64,000 bases of DNA from Candidatus Omnitrophota bacterium (GCA_025453395.1 JALOQK010000008.1:938-64937), one strand, 5' to 3'; positions 37,408-50,021 are shown, numbered from the stretch's first letter. Notes: generated from the sequence alone by a model not told the origin. Translations and numbers: made by a program.

Positions 37408-38843
37408 TTTAAAGCAACCTTGCGATCGTCAAAATCAATTCTTTTGTTTTTTAATATCTGGTAATGCTCATGGCCTTTACCGGCGATAAGAACAACCTCG
37501 CCTTTATCTGCCAGGGAAATAGCCTTCTTGACCGCCTTTTCCCTGTCCGTAATAATTTCATAATTATTCTTACTAATGCCAGAAACGATATCTTGGATAA
37601 TCTTATGCGGATCTTCCTGCCGCGGGTTATCGTTGGTAATAATGGCATGATCGGCTAATTGCGTAACCACTTTGCCCATTTTAGGGCGCTTCAGAGAATC
37701 CCTGTCCCCTCCGCAACCAAAAACTACAATAACTTTATTGCCTGATATGCCTCTAAGCGCGCCGATCACATTCCTCAAGGCGTCATCGGTATGGGCATAA
37801 TCCACAAAAACGTTAATCCCTTTTCTATTAGCCACGCGCTCTAATCTGCCTCGGACAGTCTTAAAGTTTTCTATGGCAGATACGATATTCTTTAAGGCAA
37901 TTGCTTCTTTTAACCCCCAAGAAAAAGCTGCCAGGACATTATAGACATTATGCCTGCCAATTAAAGAAGTCTTTAAAGAAACTTCTCTTTTCCCAAACTT
38001 AATACAAAAACTTGTCCCGCTATAACTGCATTTAATATCTTCTGCCCGGACATCAGCTTTATTCTCTATCCCATAGGTTATAACATCTGTTTTTATAAAA
38101 GGCATCATTTTCCTGCCATAGGCATCATCAATATTGACTACCGCAAAATTTCTTCCCCTCAGAGACTTAAAAAGTTTCAATTTCGCCTGAAAATAACTGT
38201 CCATATCATGGTGATAATCTAAATGATCCTGTGTAATATTAGTAAATACCGCAGAGCTAAATTTAATCCCGCCAACCCTATTTTGATCTAAGGCGTGAGA
38301 AGAAACCTCCATAACAAGATAATCAACTTTGCCGTTTTGCATACTGCTTAGTATCTGGGCAAGCTCGAGCGGGCCGGGGGTAGTATTAACAGGGGAGAAA
38401 TATTTATTATTAAAACGGTAATTGATTGTTCCGATAACACCGGGGTTGTTAAGCGCTTTCTTTAGGATAGCTTCAATAATATAAGAAACTGTGGTCTTGC
38501 CATTGGTGCCGGTAATGCCGATAACTTTTATCTCTTCAGATGGCCTGCCATAAAAAGCGTTCGATATTACTGCTAAGGCCTGGCGGCTATCTTTTACTTT
38601 TACTACATGGATATTCCTATCTTTACAGCGATCTTCATCCTGGAGAATAATACACTTTGCCCCAAGGCGCAGCGCCTCGGGAATAAAATCATGGGCATCA
38701 CAACAAGCCCCTTTGATCGCCACAAAAACAGAATCTTTTGTTACTTGCTTGGAATCACAAAAAATTCCTTTGACCAGGAAATCGTTTCCGCAAGAAACAA
38801 GCTTGCCTTGCCCTAAAGATTTCAGAAGTTTCTTTATGCGCAT
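37395..38843 (-). CDS. murE: UDP-MurNAc-L-Ala-D-Glu--2,6-diaminopimelate (or Lys) ligase
   Basis: 482 aa Mur ligase. P-loop GITGTNGKTTVSYII. DNPR motif (ITNDNPRQEDP) suggests meso-DAP type. Confidence 0.92.
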   Translation of the reverse strand: MRIKKLLKSLGQGKLVSCGNDFLVKGIFCDSKQVTKDSVFVAIKGACCDAHDFIPEALRLGAKCIILQDEDRCKDRNIHVVKVKDSRQALAVISNAFYGRPSEEIKVIGITGTNGKTTVSYIIEAILKKALNNPGVIGTINYRFNNKYFSPVNTTPGPLELAQILSSMQNGKVDYLVMEVSSHALDQNRVGGIKFSSAVFTNITQDHLDYHHDMDSYFQAKLKLFKSLRGRNFAVVNIDDAYGRKMMPFIKTDVITYGIENKADVRAEDIKCSYSGTSFCIKFGKREVSLKTSLIGRHNVYNVLAAFSWGLKEAIALKNIVSAIENFKTVRGRLERVANRKGINVFVDYAHTDDALRNVIGALRGISGNKVIVVFGCGGDRDSLKRPKMGKVVTQLADHAIITNDNPRQEDPHKIIQDIVSGISKNNYEIITDREKAVKKAISLADKGEVVLIAGKGHEHYQILKNKRIDFDDRKVALKCLR

Positions 38844-38845
38844 TC

Positions 38846-40546
38846 TTACTTGGCCTCCAATCCTACAGGAAGCTGTTTGGTATTAAGATATTTCAATGAA
38901 TCTTCGGCTACTTTCTTAAACACCGGAGCTGAAACCACGCCTCCGTAATAAGAGCCGTGCGGCTCATCCACAACTACGACAATGGCAATTTTGGGGTCTT
39001 CTGCCGGGGCAAAACCAACAAAGGACGCCATAAATTTTGAATGCGAATAGCCCCTGCCCTCTATTTTCTGAGCAGTGCCGGTCTTACCGGCGGCTTTAAC
39101 TGAATCCATCTTGGCTAAAGTCCCTGTTCCCTTTTCTACAACCCCTGTAAGTATATTGCGCACCCTGACTGCTGTATCTATAGAAATAACCTTGCGAATC
39201 AATACCGGAGAAAATGATTTGAGCGTCTCTGCGTATTTATCCCTTATTTCTTTTATTAAATACGGTTTCATCAGTTGCCCGCCGTTAGCAATAACAGAAA
39301 TTGCGCTTACAAGCTGCAAAGCAGTAACCCCGACCTCTTGCCCCATGGGCACTGCGGTAATTGATGTCTTCGACCATACGCGCAAATCCCTGACCATGCC
39401 GGAGATTTCCCCAGAGATATCTATGCCAAGCTTATTCCCAAAACCAAAAAGTTTTATATACCTATATAAAAGCGGCGCCCCTAAAACTTGTGCCGCCTTA
39501 CAAGTGCCGATATTGCTAGATTGCTCTATAACTTCGCTGAAGGCCAACCACCCATGCGAAGTGTGGTCATGCAAGATATGCCCTGCTATATAATAAGCCC
39601 CGTTCTCACAATAGAACCTATCGGTTTCTTTAACTTTATTTTCCTCTAAAGAAGCGCAAGCAGTAACAATCTTGAATACTGAACCCGGCTCAAACATATC
39701 CGCTATCGCACGGTTACGTATATCATCCTTGGAACTTTTAGAATAGTTATTTAAATCATAGCTAGGACGATTCGCCAAGGCCAATATTGCGCCTGTATGC
39801 GGATCCATGACAATAATACTTGCCCCATTCGCGCGGTAATGCTTAAACACCTTGTCTAATTCCCTCTCAGCGATATACTGAATAACCTCATCAATAGTTA
39901 AGATTACATCATTGCCATCCTTGGGCAGCATCATTTCTTGCCCAAAATCAAGTTTGTTCTGGCGGGCATCGCGCAAGAATATCGCCCATCCGGGCTGCCC
40001 TTTTAAATATTGATCACACTTTGCCTCTATGCCTTCAAGGCCTGAATTATCAAGCCCCGCAAAACCAACAACATGGGCTGCCAGATAAGAATTTGGGTAA
40101 CAACGCTTAGTTTCCTTAATCAAACCTATGCCTTTTATTTTTTCTGCTCTAAGCTTTAAACTTTGTTCCGGGGTAATCTTGCGGGCTACCCAAACAAAAG
40201 ATTTCTTGCGCGACAATTTCTCTCTGACAGAATCATAATCTAAATATAAAATGGAAGACAACCTGCGGGCAGCATTGTCTTTTTTATCCTCCTGCATGTC
40301 TTTGGGGCTGGCGTAAACCGAATCCACGCTTATATTGATTGCCAAGGGATGCATAGTGCTATCGTATATTGCCCCGCGGCGAGGCTCTATCTCCACAAAC
40401 AGATTATGCTGTTTATTGGCTAAGGCGTTTAGGTATTGCGAACGGAAGAATTGTATATAGAGAAGCCGAAGAATGCAGATAACAAAAATAATAAAGAAGA
40501 GTATGAATACAGCGTTAAAGCGGCGGCGGTAATTGGTAATATACAC
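38846..40546 (-). CDS. ftsI: Penicillin-binding protein 3 (septal transpeptidase FtsI)
   Basis: 566 aa. N-terminal TM. SxxK (SVFK), SxN and KTG (KTGTAQ) motifs. dcw position after ftsL. Confidence 0.9.
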   Translation of the reverse strand: MYITNYRRRFNAVFILFFIIFVICILRLLYIQFFRSQYLNALANKQHNLFVEIEPRRGAIYDSTMHPLAINISVDSVYASPKDMQEDKKDNAARRLSSILYLDYDSVREKLSRKKSFVWVARKITPEQSLKLRAEKIKGIGLIKETKRCYPNSYLAAHVVGFAGLDNSGLEGIEAKCDQYLKGQPGWAIFLRDARQNKLDFGQEMMLPKDGNDVILTIDEVIQYIAERELDKVFKHYRANGASIIVMDPHTGAILALANRPSYDLNNYSKSSKDDIRNRAIADMFEPGSVFKIVTACASLEENKVKETDRFYCENGAYYIAGHILHDHTSHGWLAFSEVIEQSSNIGTCKAAQVLGAPLLYRYIKLFGFGNKLGIDISGEISGMVRDLRVWSKTSITAVPMGQEVGVTALQLVSAISVIANGGQLMKPYLIKEIRDKYAETLKSFSPVLIRKVISIDTAVRVRNILTGVVEKGTGTLAKMDSVKAAGKTGTAQKIEGRGYSHSKFMASFVGFAPAEDPKIAIVVVVDEPHGSYYGGVVSAPVFKKVAEDSLKYLNTKQLPVGLEAK

Positions 40547-40621
40547 TATTTATAAATATATGAATTCACTCTCCCGGCGTAATTACCGGAAGACAGAAAA
40601 ATCAAGGTTAAATATTTTCTT

Positions 40622-40972
40622 TTAAGGCTTGATGGTCTTGGCCTGAGCCTCGCGAACCGTGCCTAACAAGCGGGCAAATATATTCTCTTTGCCGACCGCT
40701 TGAGAAGCTAAAACGTGCGTTGATCTTGGGCTATATAGCCTTACCAACTGATAAGAATTTGGCATGCTGTAATCGCTGTTGTCGTAAATTTTATCGCCGA
40801 TCCGGGTCAAGGACGTATTCTTTTCAATATTATAACGCAGCAGGTTATTCTTATCAAGAAGTTCCTGGAAGAAAACAGCTTTTTTCTGAGTGATATAGGC
40901 AAAGCGCACAATCTCGGTCTGTTGGTGCACATAAAGAAGCGAGAGAAAAGTAATTGTTGTAAGCGACAACAT
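40622..40972 (-). CDS. ftsL: Cell division protein FtsL (start probably at the internal Met)
   Basis: Single-TM coiled-coil protein between rsmH and ftsI. The longest ORF (to 41068) overlaps rsmH by 77 nt. Internal MLSLTTITFLSLLY start at 40972 lies just downstream of the rsmH stop. Confidence 0.55.
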   Translation of the reverse strand: MLSLTTITFLSLLYVHQQTEIVRFAYITQKKAVFFQELLDKNNLLRYNIEKNTSLTRIGDKIYDNSDYSMPNSYQLVRLYSPRSTHVLASQAVGKENIFARLLGTVREAQAKTIKP

Positions 40973-40991
40973 AAAACTGCCTAATTTCACT

Positions 40992-41882
40992 TTATATCCT
41001 TTCTGCCACCCGCAACTTAGCGCTGCGGCAGGCGCGATTGCCTTTAATTTGTTCCCATGACGGCTCAAGAGGTTTACGGGTAATAATCTTTAATAATCCG
41101 CTTTTCTCTTTCTCGCGGAAAGCTAATTTCACAATCCTGTCTTCCAGGGAATGGAATGATATAACAGCAATCCGCCCGTTTTTTCTTAATAGCCCAATGG
41201 CCTTTACTATGGCCTGGCCTAGAATTTCAAGCTCGCGGTTAACCGCGATGCGCACCGCCTGAAAGGTCCGGGTAGCCGGATGTATGCGCTGGTGCCCTCT
41301 ATAAGGAACGGCCTTAAGCACAATCCGCGAAAGCTCTGCAGTTGTAGCAATAGGGTGCTTTTGCCTTTCCTGCACCAAAAAACGGGCAATGCGATTATGC
41401 CATCTCTCTTGGCCAAAATTACGCAAGATGCCGGATAATTCTTCTTCATTTAAATTATTCACTAGATCATAGGCGGATATATAGCTATCCTGATCAAGAC
41501 GCATGTCTAAAGGGCCGTCCTTGCTGAAACTAAACCCTCTGGCGGGGTCGTCAAGTTGATAAGAAGAAACGCCTAAATCAAGGATTATGCCGTCTACCTG
41601 CTGAACAGCTAAACCCAAAAGCACCTTATCTAAATCTACAAAATTGCTATGGATAAAAACACAATTATTTTGATAATCAGATAATCTTTCAGCGGCTATC
41701 TTCAGGGAGTTGCTATCTTTATCTATGCAGATAAGTTTACCCGAAGGCCCGATGCGTTTAATAATTTCACTGCTGTGTCCGGCAGTGCCAACAGTAGCAT
41801 CAACTATAACCTTGCCTTCAGAAAGGCCAAGATATTCTAAAACCTGTTCCAGCATCACCGGATTATGATATTTTATTTCCAT
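40992..41882 (-). CDS. rsmH: 16S rRNA (cytosine1402-N4)-methyltransferase
   Basis: 296 aa. N-terminus YHNPVMLEQVLEYL and SAM motif VDATVGTAGHS. Confidence 0.95.
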   Translation of the reverse strand: MEIKYHNPVMLEQVLEYLGLSEGKVIVDATVGTAGHSSEIIKRIGPSGKLICIDKDSNSLKIAAERLSDYQNNCVFIHSNFVDLDKVLLGLAVQQVDGIILDLGVSSYQLDDPARGFSFSKDGPLDMRLDQDSYISAYDLVNNLNEEELSGILRNFGQERWHNRIARFLVQERQKHPIATTAELSRIVLKAVPYRGHQRIHPATRTFQAVRIAVNRELEILGQAIVKAIGLLRKNGRIAVISFHSLEDRIVKLAFREKEKSGLLKIITRKPLEPSWEQIKGNRACRSAKLRVAERI

Positions 41883-41887
41883 AGCCT

Positions 41888-42328
41888 TTAAGCGTTATCT
41901 ATAAGTTTTTCAGCAATGGATTCAAAAGACTGCTGGGAGTTGTTATAGAATTCGTTCCATTTATCGCGCGACCAGATCTCAACCCTGTTAGAAACACCAA
42001 CCACCACCACATCTTTTTTGATCAAAGCGTAGTCTTTCAAATACTGCGGAAGAAGAATCCTGCCTTGTTTATCCGGCACGATCTCTGAGGCCCCGGAAAA
42101 ATAAAGCCGGTTAAAATTTCGGCTCTCCTGCTTAGTAAAAGACAAAGCCTTAAATTTATTTTCCTGCGTGCGCCACTCTTCCTCGGCAAACATAAAAAGG
42201 CAGCGGTCAAGGCCGCGGGTAATGAAAAATCTCTCAATGAAATTATTCTTTGCCGCTTCACGAAAACGAGACGGCAGGATCAAGCGACCTTTACGGTCTA
42301 TAGAATGGAAATATTCACCGTAGAACAT
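41888..42328 (-). CDS. mraZ: Transcriptional regulator MraZ
   Basis: 146 aa. Duplicated MraZ domains with DRKGRLILP and DKQGRILLP motifs. First gene of the dcw cluster. Confidence 0.92.
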   Translation of the reverse strand: MFYGEYFHSIDRKGRLILPSRFREAAKNNFIERFFITRGLDRCLFMFAEEEWRTQENKFKALSFTKQESRNFNRLYFSGASEIVPDKQGRILLPQYLKDYALIKKDVVVVGVSNRVEIWSRDKWNEFYNNSQQSFESIAEKLIDNA

Positions 42329-42383
42329 AAATGACCTTCCTTGCTCACCACTTTACTCCACTTTTAACCACTTTGTATTCCCA

Positions 42384-42412
42384 AGTATATGTATTTTTAC
42401 TTTTTTTGTCAA
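42384..42412 (-). promoter_or_regulatory. Near-consensus sigma70 promoter upstream of mraZ (Pmra)
   Basis: Minus strand reads TTGACA-N17-TATACT (rc of 42407-42412 and 42384-42389), giving a ~50-nt leader before the mraZ ATG. Confidence 0.55.
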
Positions 42413-42531
42413 GATAAAAAAAAGCCTATAATGGGCTATCACAACCGATAGTGCCCCAAAGATATACAAAACATATATATTGTGGTATTTATAGGAGGTT
42501 TTTTAGGGAATTTGTGGGGGCTTTAGAGAAA

Positions 42532-43440
42532 TTAAGCGAAGAATTTATGACAAGCCAAAATATCTTTTTCTATTTGCCGCTTTAAAGATTGCAGGCTGGA
42601 GAATTTCTTATCATTGCGGATTTTATTCAGGAAAAATACTTCCATGTTCTTGCCGTAGATACTGCGGGAAAAATCAAAAATATGGACTTCAATATGCACT
42701 TTTGGTTTGCAAAATTTTTTATGCAAAGTAGGCCGCGTCCCGATATAAGAAATACCATTGTAAATCTTGCCTTCCAAAAACACCTTAACCGCGTATATGC
42801 CTGAGGCCGGCAATACTTCATGATGCGGATTTAAATTAGCAGTAGGCACGCCTAATCTACGAGCTAAAGCATTTCCTTTTATCACTGTGCCTAAAATGCT
42901 AACCGGCCTTAATAAAAAATGCCTGGCCCTGTTAAGCTTTCCGGTTTTGATAAGCTGGCGGATATAGGTACTGCTGACCGGCTCTCCATTTACTTTAATC
43001 GTATCAAAAACCCTAAGTTTAAATCCGTATTCGCCGGAAAACTTTTTAAGAAACTGCGCGTCTCCTTTGGCATTATGCCCGAAACGAAAATTATTACCTA
43101 CGTATATAAAACTAGGCTTGATGCGCTTAAAAATAATATTTTTGATAAAGCTGTATGCGGAAATAAGAGAAAATGAGGCGGTAAATCTAATTACCACGCA
43201 GACATCAACCCCCAGACAAGCCAATAGATGCAGGCGATGGTCTAAAGAATATAAACTTTGCTTGGCCTTAGGATGAGGATGAAAAGTAACTACAACGCTT
43301 TTTGACCCGATTGACGCCGCCTTGGCACAGGCTTCTTCTAAGATTTTCTGGTGCGCCAGATGCATCCCGTCAAACACGCCAAGAGATAAAACACAAGATT
43401 TTGTGCCGCGGATATCTTTCAGATTATAGATTACGCGCAT
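42532..43440 (-). CDS. ribF: Bifunctional riboflavin kinase / FMN adenylyltransferase
   Basis: 302 aa. N-terminal nucleotidyltransferase (LGVFDGMHLAHQ), C-terminal flavokinase domain. Confidence 0.9.
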   Translation of the reverse strand: MRVIYNLKDIRGTKSCVLSLGVFDGMHLAHQKILEEACAKAASIGSKSVVVTFHPHPKAKQSLYSLDHRLHLLACLGVDVCVVIRFTASFSLISAYSFIKNIIFKRIKPSFIYVGNNFRFGHNAKGDAQFLKKFSGEYGFKLRVFDTIKVNGEPVSSTYIRQLIKTGKLNRARHFLLRPVSILGTVIKGNALARRLGVPTANLNPHHEVLPASGIYAVKVFLEGKIYNGISYIGTRPTLHKKFCKPKVHIEVHIFDFSRSIYGKNMEVFFLNKIRNDKKFSSLQSLKRQIEKDILACHKFFA

Positions 43441-44419
43441 TAACCACCCTGGATGTTTCTTTTATTATATCTTGTTCAATCCTGCCTATACCGCCTTCTA
43501 AAGTACAACCGCTTGCGCACTTATGCCCTCCTCCGCCAAATAAAGAAGCGATCTTATTCACATCAATCTTTCCTTGAGAACGAAAATTCACCCTGACTTT
43601 GCTTCTATCTTCTGGCAGTTTGCGCAATAAAACCGCCGCCTGCACGCCTTTGAGCGCGCGGATATGGCTTAAAATATACTCTGGCAGATCAAAATCGTCT
43701 TTCTTTGATAAGGCTGCCTCCGGAATAACTACCCATGCCAATTTTCCGTTACAGGCGGTTTTTACCTGTGAAATAATCTTTGCCGCTTTTTTAAGCGAAG
43801 ATATCCGGATATCTTCATATATCTTGCGGTAAATCTCAGAAACGCCGATCTTCATAAAAGGCATTAAATCCGCGACCGCCTGATGCGTAAAAGAAGATGT
43901 GGTATTGTACCTAAATGATCCCGTATCAGTCATAATCCCGGTGTAAAGGGCATTTGATGATACGCGGTCAAACTTTATTTTAGATTTCTTAAACAGGCGA
44001 TATACAATTTCAGAACATGAAGAAGCGCCAGCAAGCACCAGATTTACATCTGCGAAATAAGTATTAGAAATATGATGGTCGATATTAAGCACAAAAGCTT
44101 TTTTTGTTTTATTAAGCTGCCAGACCTTGCCGCATCTATCTTCCGAGGAACAATCCACCAGGCAAAAACAATCAAAATTATTTTCCCGCTTAAGATTTCT
44201 TAAAAGCTTTATTTTATTTATCCCCGGCATAAAACTATATTCTTCCGGAGCAGGGTCATCATTCACGATTATAACTTTCTTGCCTAATGCTTTCAAAAGC
44301 TGGGCAATAGCTAATTCCGAACCCAAGGCATCACCCTCCAGATTCTTATGGCTGGTGACTAAAAAACTTTTATGTCCGCGTATACACCTGAGCGCTTTAT
44401 CCATAAATGCTGCCTCCAA
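43424..44419 (-). CDS. nrnA: DHH/DHHA1 phosphoesterase NrnA (nanoRNase / pAp phosphatase)
   Basis: 331 aa. DHH motif (NIDHHISN) and DHHA1 GGGGH motif (LFGGGGHKCASG). Confidence 0.8.
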   Translation of the reverse strand: MEAAFMDKALRCIRGHKSFLVTSHKNLEGDALGSELAIAQLLKALGKKVIIVNDDPAPEEYSFMPGINKIKLLRNLKRENNFDCFCLVDCSSEDRCGKVWQLNKTKKAFVLNIDHHISNTYFADVNLVLAGASSCSEIVYRLFKKSKIKFDRVSSNALYTGIMTDTGSFRYNTTSSFTHQAVADLMPFMKIGVSEIYRKIYEDIRISSLKKAAKIISQVKTACNGKLAWVVIPEAALSKKDDFDLPEYILSHIRALKGVQAAVLLRKLPEDRSKVRVNFRSQGKIDVNKIASLFGGGGHKCASGCTLEGGIGRIEQDIIKETSRVVNARNL

Positions 44420-44429
44420 AGAAAAAACA

Positions 44430-44789
44430 TCATTCTTTATTATTTTTCTTATCCATTTCTTTTATCTGATCAATGACCTGCTGGATCTTGACGCTATACT
44501 CGCTTGAGCGGTCTTCCCTGAAGTCTATCTCCGGGACAAAGCGCAGTTGAACACGCTCTGCGATTAAACGGCGCACAAACCCTAATGCCGAATCAAGCGC
44601 CTGCTTACTTTTCTTATATTCCTGCTCGCCGCCTAAGACGCTAAAGAAAACTTTGGCATAGCGCAAGTCCTGGGTCAATTCCACGCGCGTAATAGTTACA
44701 AAGCCTAAACGCGGGTCATTGATTTCGCGCTGCAGGATATTGCTTATTTCTTTATGAATTTGTTCCGCGACTTTCTCATACCTGGCCAT
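44430..44789 (-). CDS. rbfA: Ribosome-binding factor A
   Basis: 119 aa. KH-like fold. RLGFVTITRVELTQDLRYAKVFFSVLG is the RbfA signature. Confidence 0.9.
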   Translation of the reverse strand: MARYEKVAEQIHKEISNILQREINDPRLGFVTITRVELTQDLRYAKVFFSVLGGEQEYKKSKQALDSALGFVRRLIAERVQLRFVPEIDFREDRSSEYSVKIQQVIDQIKEMDKKNNKE

Positions 44790-45550
44790 TTTTCCTCCAA
44801 AAGTTGTAACTGCTCTCTAACCGGAAGAGCCGTCTTCAGGATAGATAGCCGTTGCAGATTTTCTATCTGCCGAAGCGGGTCTTTTTCATTCAAACAAAGG
44901 CGCAGCTCACGGGAAATCCTATACCCGGAAATCCTGGAAAACATTTCCAGTTTCAGCGCATCATTGATCCCTTGCAGAGTGCGCGCGTCTATCTTAAAAC
45001 CAAGCCGCTGCTGTAAACGTGCCGCCCGTAATATCCGCGTAGGATCATCAATAAAGCTTAAATCATGCAAAAACCTTATGGTTTTATCGCGCAGGTCTTT
45101 TAAACCGCCAAAAATATCAATCAAATAACCGTAGTCATCAGGATTCAAGCTTATCGCCATAGCATTAATGGTAAAATCCCTGCGCCGCAAGTCATCGAGG
45201 ATAGAGCCGGGAGAAACTACCGGAAGCGATCCTGGATGAGGGTATTTCTCCACCCTTGAACGGGCGATATCTATTTTTAACCCACCGTCAAAAATAACAG
45301 TGGCGGTAAAAAATTTTTTGTAATAAGCTACCTTAAGAAGGCGCTGTTTCTTGCGAAGAAACTCCAGAAATCTTACAACATCTGCCTCTAAACAGATATC
45401 TATATCCAGGTTTTTCTTCCTTAAAAGCAAATCCCGCACGCAACCTCCGACAAGGAAAATCCGCGCGCTGCTTGCTTCAGATGCTTCTTGCAGCAAAGCA
45501 ATTATGGCTTTAACCTGCGATGGTAATTTATTCATTAAATTTTTCATCAT
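44744..45550 (-). CDS. Short class-II nucleotidyltransferase (CCA-adding / poly(A) polymerase head domain only)
   Basis: GGCVRDLLL...DIDI (motif A) and RRDFTINAMA (motif C) are present, but the body and tail domains are absent (~268 aa). The track's 45562 start is a GTG. An ATGATG at 45550 with a GGGGGAAG Shine-Dalgarno is more likely. Confidence 0.7.
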   Translation of the reverse strand: MMKNLMNKLPSQVKAIIALLQEASEASSARIFLVGGCVRDLLLRKKNLDIDICLEADVVRFLEFLRKKQRLLKVAYYKKFFTATVIFDGGLKIDIARSRVEKYPHPGSLPVVSPGSILDDLRRRDFTINAMAISLNPDDYGYLIDIFGGLKDLRDKTIRFLHDLSFIDDPTRILRAARLQQRLGFKIDARTLQGINDALKLEMFSRISGYRISRELRLCLNEKDPLRQIENLQRLSILKTALPVREQLQLLEEKWPGMRKSRNKFIKK

Positions 45551-45555
45551 TTCTT

Positions 45556-45627
45556 CCCCCACAACTAAACCCCACCCTTAACCCCTGCCTACCGGCAGGC
45601 AGGCACAACCCATAACCCATAACTGAC
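45556..45627. repeat. C-rich / G4-prone tract with (AACCCAT)x2 heptamers and a cctgcctaccggcaggcagg palindrome
   Basis: Runs CCCCC, CCCC, CCC, CCCC on the + strand, so the minus-strand transcript has 4 or more G-runs. Heptamer aacccat aacccat aactgac. Confidence 0.6.
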
Positions 45628-45635
45628 CCTATCAT

Positions 45636-46523
45636 TTAAGGGCGCGGATGATACATCCTGTGGATGCTTTTTAAACGGTCTTTATTTATATGTGTATATA
45701 TCTGCGTGGTAGAGATATTCGCATGTCCTAACATCTCCTGCACAGAACGCAAGTCCGCTCCATGTTCTAAAAGATGCGTGGCAAAAGAATGACGCAAGAT
45801 ATGCGGCTTGATATGCTTCTTGATCCCGGCCTGGCGGCTGTAACGCTGGATTATTTTCCATAAAGATTGCCGGGAAAGCCGCCCTCCTAAGCGGCTTATA
45901 AAAAGATATTCACTTTCTTTCTTGCCTAAAAGTTTAGGCCGCGATGATTCCAAATATTTACGCACACAAGCAATTGCCTTTTTACCTACGGGCACCACTC
46001 TTTCTTTATTGCCTTTACCTATGCAACGCAAGAAGCCAACATCTAAATTAACCTCTTTAAGTTTTAAATGCGCTGACTCGGAAACACGCATTCCGGTAGC
46101 GTACAATATTTCTAATATCGCCTTATCCCGGATGCCTTGGGTGTCCCGGGAATCTGGCGCGTTCAACAACGCTTCCACTTCGCTTAAAGAGAGAGTCTCC
46201 GGGATTTTCTTCCACAGCTTAGGCGAATCTACTAAACTTGTAGGATCTTCCTTCAATACCCTCTCACGCACTAAAAAGCGATAAAAAGATTTTATCGCTG
46301 CCAGGCGGCGGGAAATCGAAACCGCCGAAATACCTCTATCTTTTTGTTTAAGCATGAAGCCGCTTATATTATTACGGTTTGTCTGGGACAAAAGCGCAAT
46401 CTTCTGCGATTCTAAAAAAGCAAAATATGCCTCCAAGTCATCGCGGTAAGAATTTATGGTATTAACAGCCAGACCGCGCTCTACAGAAATATAATCCAAA
46501 AATGAATCAATCAACTCTCTCAT
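45636..46523 (-). CDS. Tyrosine site-specific recombinase XerC/XerD
   Basis: 295 aa. N-terminal SAM-like core-binding domain. C-terminal HILRHSFATHLLEHGADLRSVQEMLGHANISTTQIYTHI with the catalytic Tyr. Confidence 0.85.
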   Translation of the reverse strand: MRELIDSFLDYISVERGLAVNTINSYRDDLEAYFAFLESQKIALLSQTNRNNISGFMLKQKDRGISAVSISRRLAAIKSFYRFLVRERVLKEDPTSLVDSPKLWKKIPETLSLSEVEALLNAPDSRDTQGIRDKAILEILYATGMRVSESAHLKLKEVNLDVGFLRCIGKGNKERVVPVGKKAIACVRKYLESSRPKLLGKKESEYLFISRLGGRLSRQSLWKIIQRYSRQAGIKKHIKPHILRHSFATHLLEHGADLRSVQEMLGHANISTTQIYTHINKDRLKSIHRMYHPRP

Positions 46524-46526
46524 ATC

Positions 46527-47150
46527 TTATAGATAGGGGTTATGTGTTTTCTCATAAGCTATAGTAGAACTTGCCCCGTGCCCGGGATAAACAACCGTTT
46601 TATCGGGAAGAATAAAAAGTTTTTCTTTTATCCCTTTGATTAAACTCTTTTCACTGCCGCCTGTAAAATCCGTTCTTCCAATGCCTTCACGGAAAAGGCA
46701 ATCTCCGGTAAAAACAATATCCTCTTTTGGGTTTTCCATATATAAAGCCATCCCTCCGGGGGAATGCCCCGGGATATGAAGCACCCTTAAGCTTATGCCT
46801 GATTCTTCGATCAATTGCCCGTCTGTTACTGTGCGAATTTGCCCTTTAACACTGTAACCGCAAGAGAAAAAACCGGAAAGATTAAGCATAGGGTCTCTTA
46901 ATAAAGCCAGGTCATCCTGATGCACATAGACCGGCGCGCCGAATTCATCATCGCAGCCGATATGGTCATAATGCGCGTGGGTATTAATAACCGCCGCCGC
47001 AGTTAAGCCATATTTATCTAATGATTTCTTGATCTTTCTAAGGTCATCTCCGGGATCAATGACAATCGCTGTGGAGTTTTTTTCTTTTGCCACAACATAA
47101 CAATTAACCTCAAGAGAGCCCACCACTACTGTTTCAAGTATAATGCCCAT
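46527..47150 (-). CDS. MBL-fold metallo-hydrolase (glyoxalase II-like)
   Basis: 207 aa. THAHYDH metal-binding motif and downstream His/Asp ligands. Confidence 0.8.
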   Translation of the reverse strand: MGIILETVVVGSLEVNCYVVAKEKNSTAIVIDPGDDLRKIKKSLDKYGLTAAAVINTHAHYDHIGCDDEFGAPVYVHQDDLALLRDPMLNLSGFFSCGYSVKGQIRTVTDGQLIEESGISLRVLHIPGHSPGGMALYMENPKEDIVFTGDCLFREGIGRTDFTGGSEKSLIKGIKEKLFILPDKTVVYPGHGASSTIAYEKTHNPYL

Positions 47151-47151
47151 A

Positions 47152-49992
<2,841 letters not shown>

Positions 49993-50021
49993 GGGCTTAT
50001 TCTGGTGAGATGATTTTAAAA

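Noticed and set aside
40973-41068. N-terminal 32 codons of the longest ftsL ORF, overlapping rsmH by 77 nt.
   Set aside because: FtsL proteins are ~100-120 aa. An internal Met just downstream of the rsmH stop gives a typical single-TM FtsL, so the extension is probably not translated.
42406-42432. Plus-strand TTGTCA-N15-TATAAT in the mraZ upstream region.
   Set aside because: The 15-nt spacer is short and there is no plus-strand gene downstream (ribF is on the minus strand). The minus-strand TTGACA-N17-TATACT Pmra is the better explanation.
45636-46523. Tyrosine recombinase as marker of an integrated mobile element or prophage.
   Set aside because: No phage, transposase or cargo genes and no flanking direct repeats. 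The neighbours are housekeeping genes (ligA, cca-like, rbfA). It is most simply the chromosomal XerC/XerD dimer-resolution recombinase.
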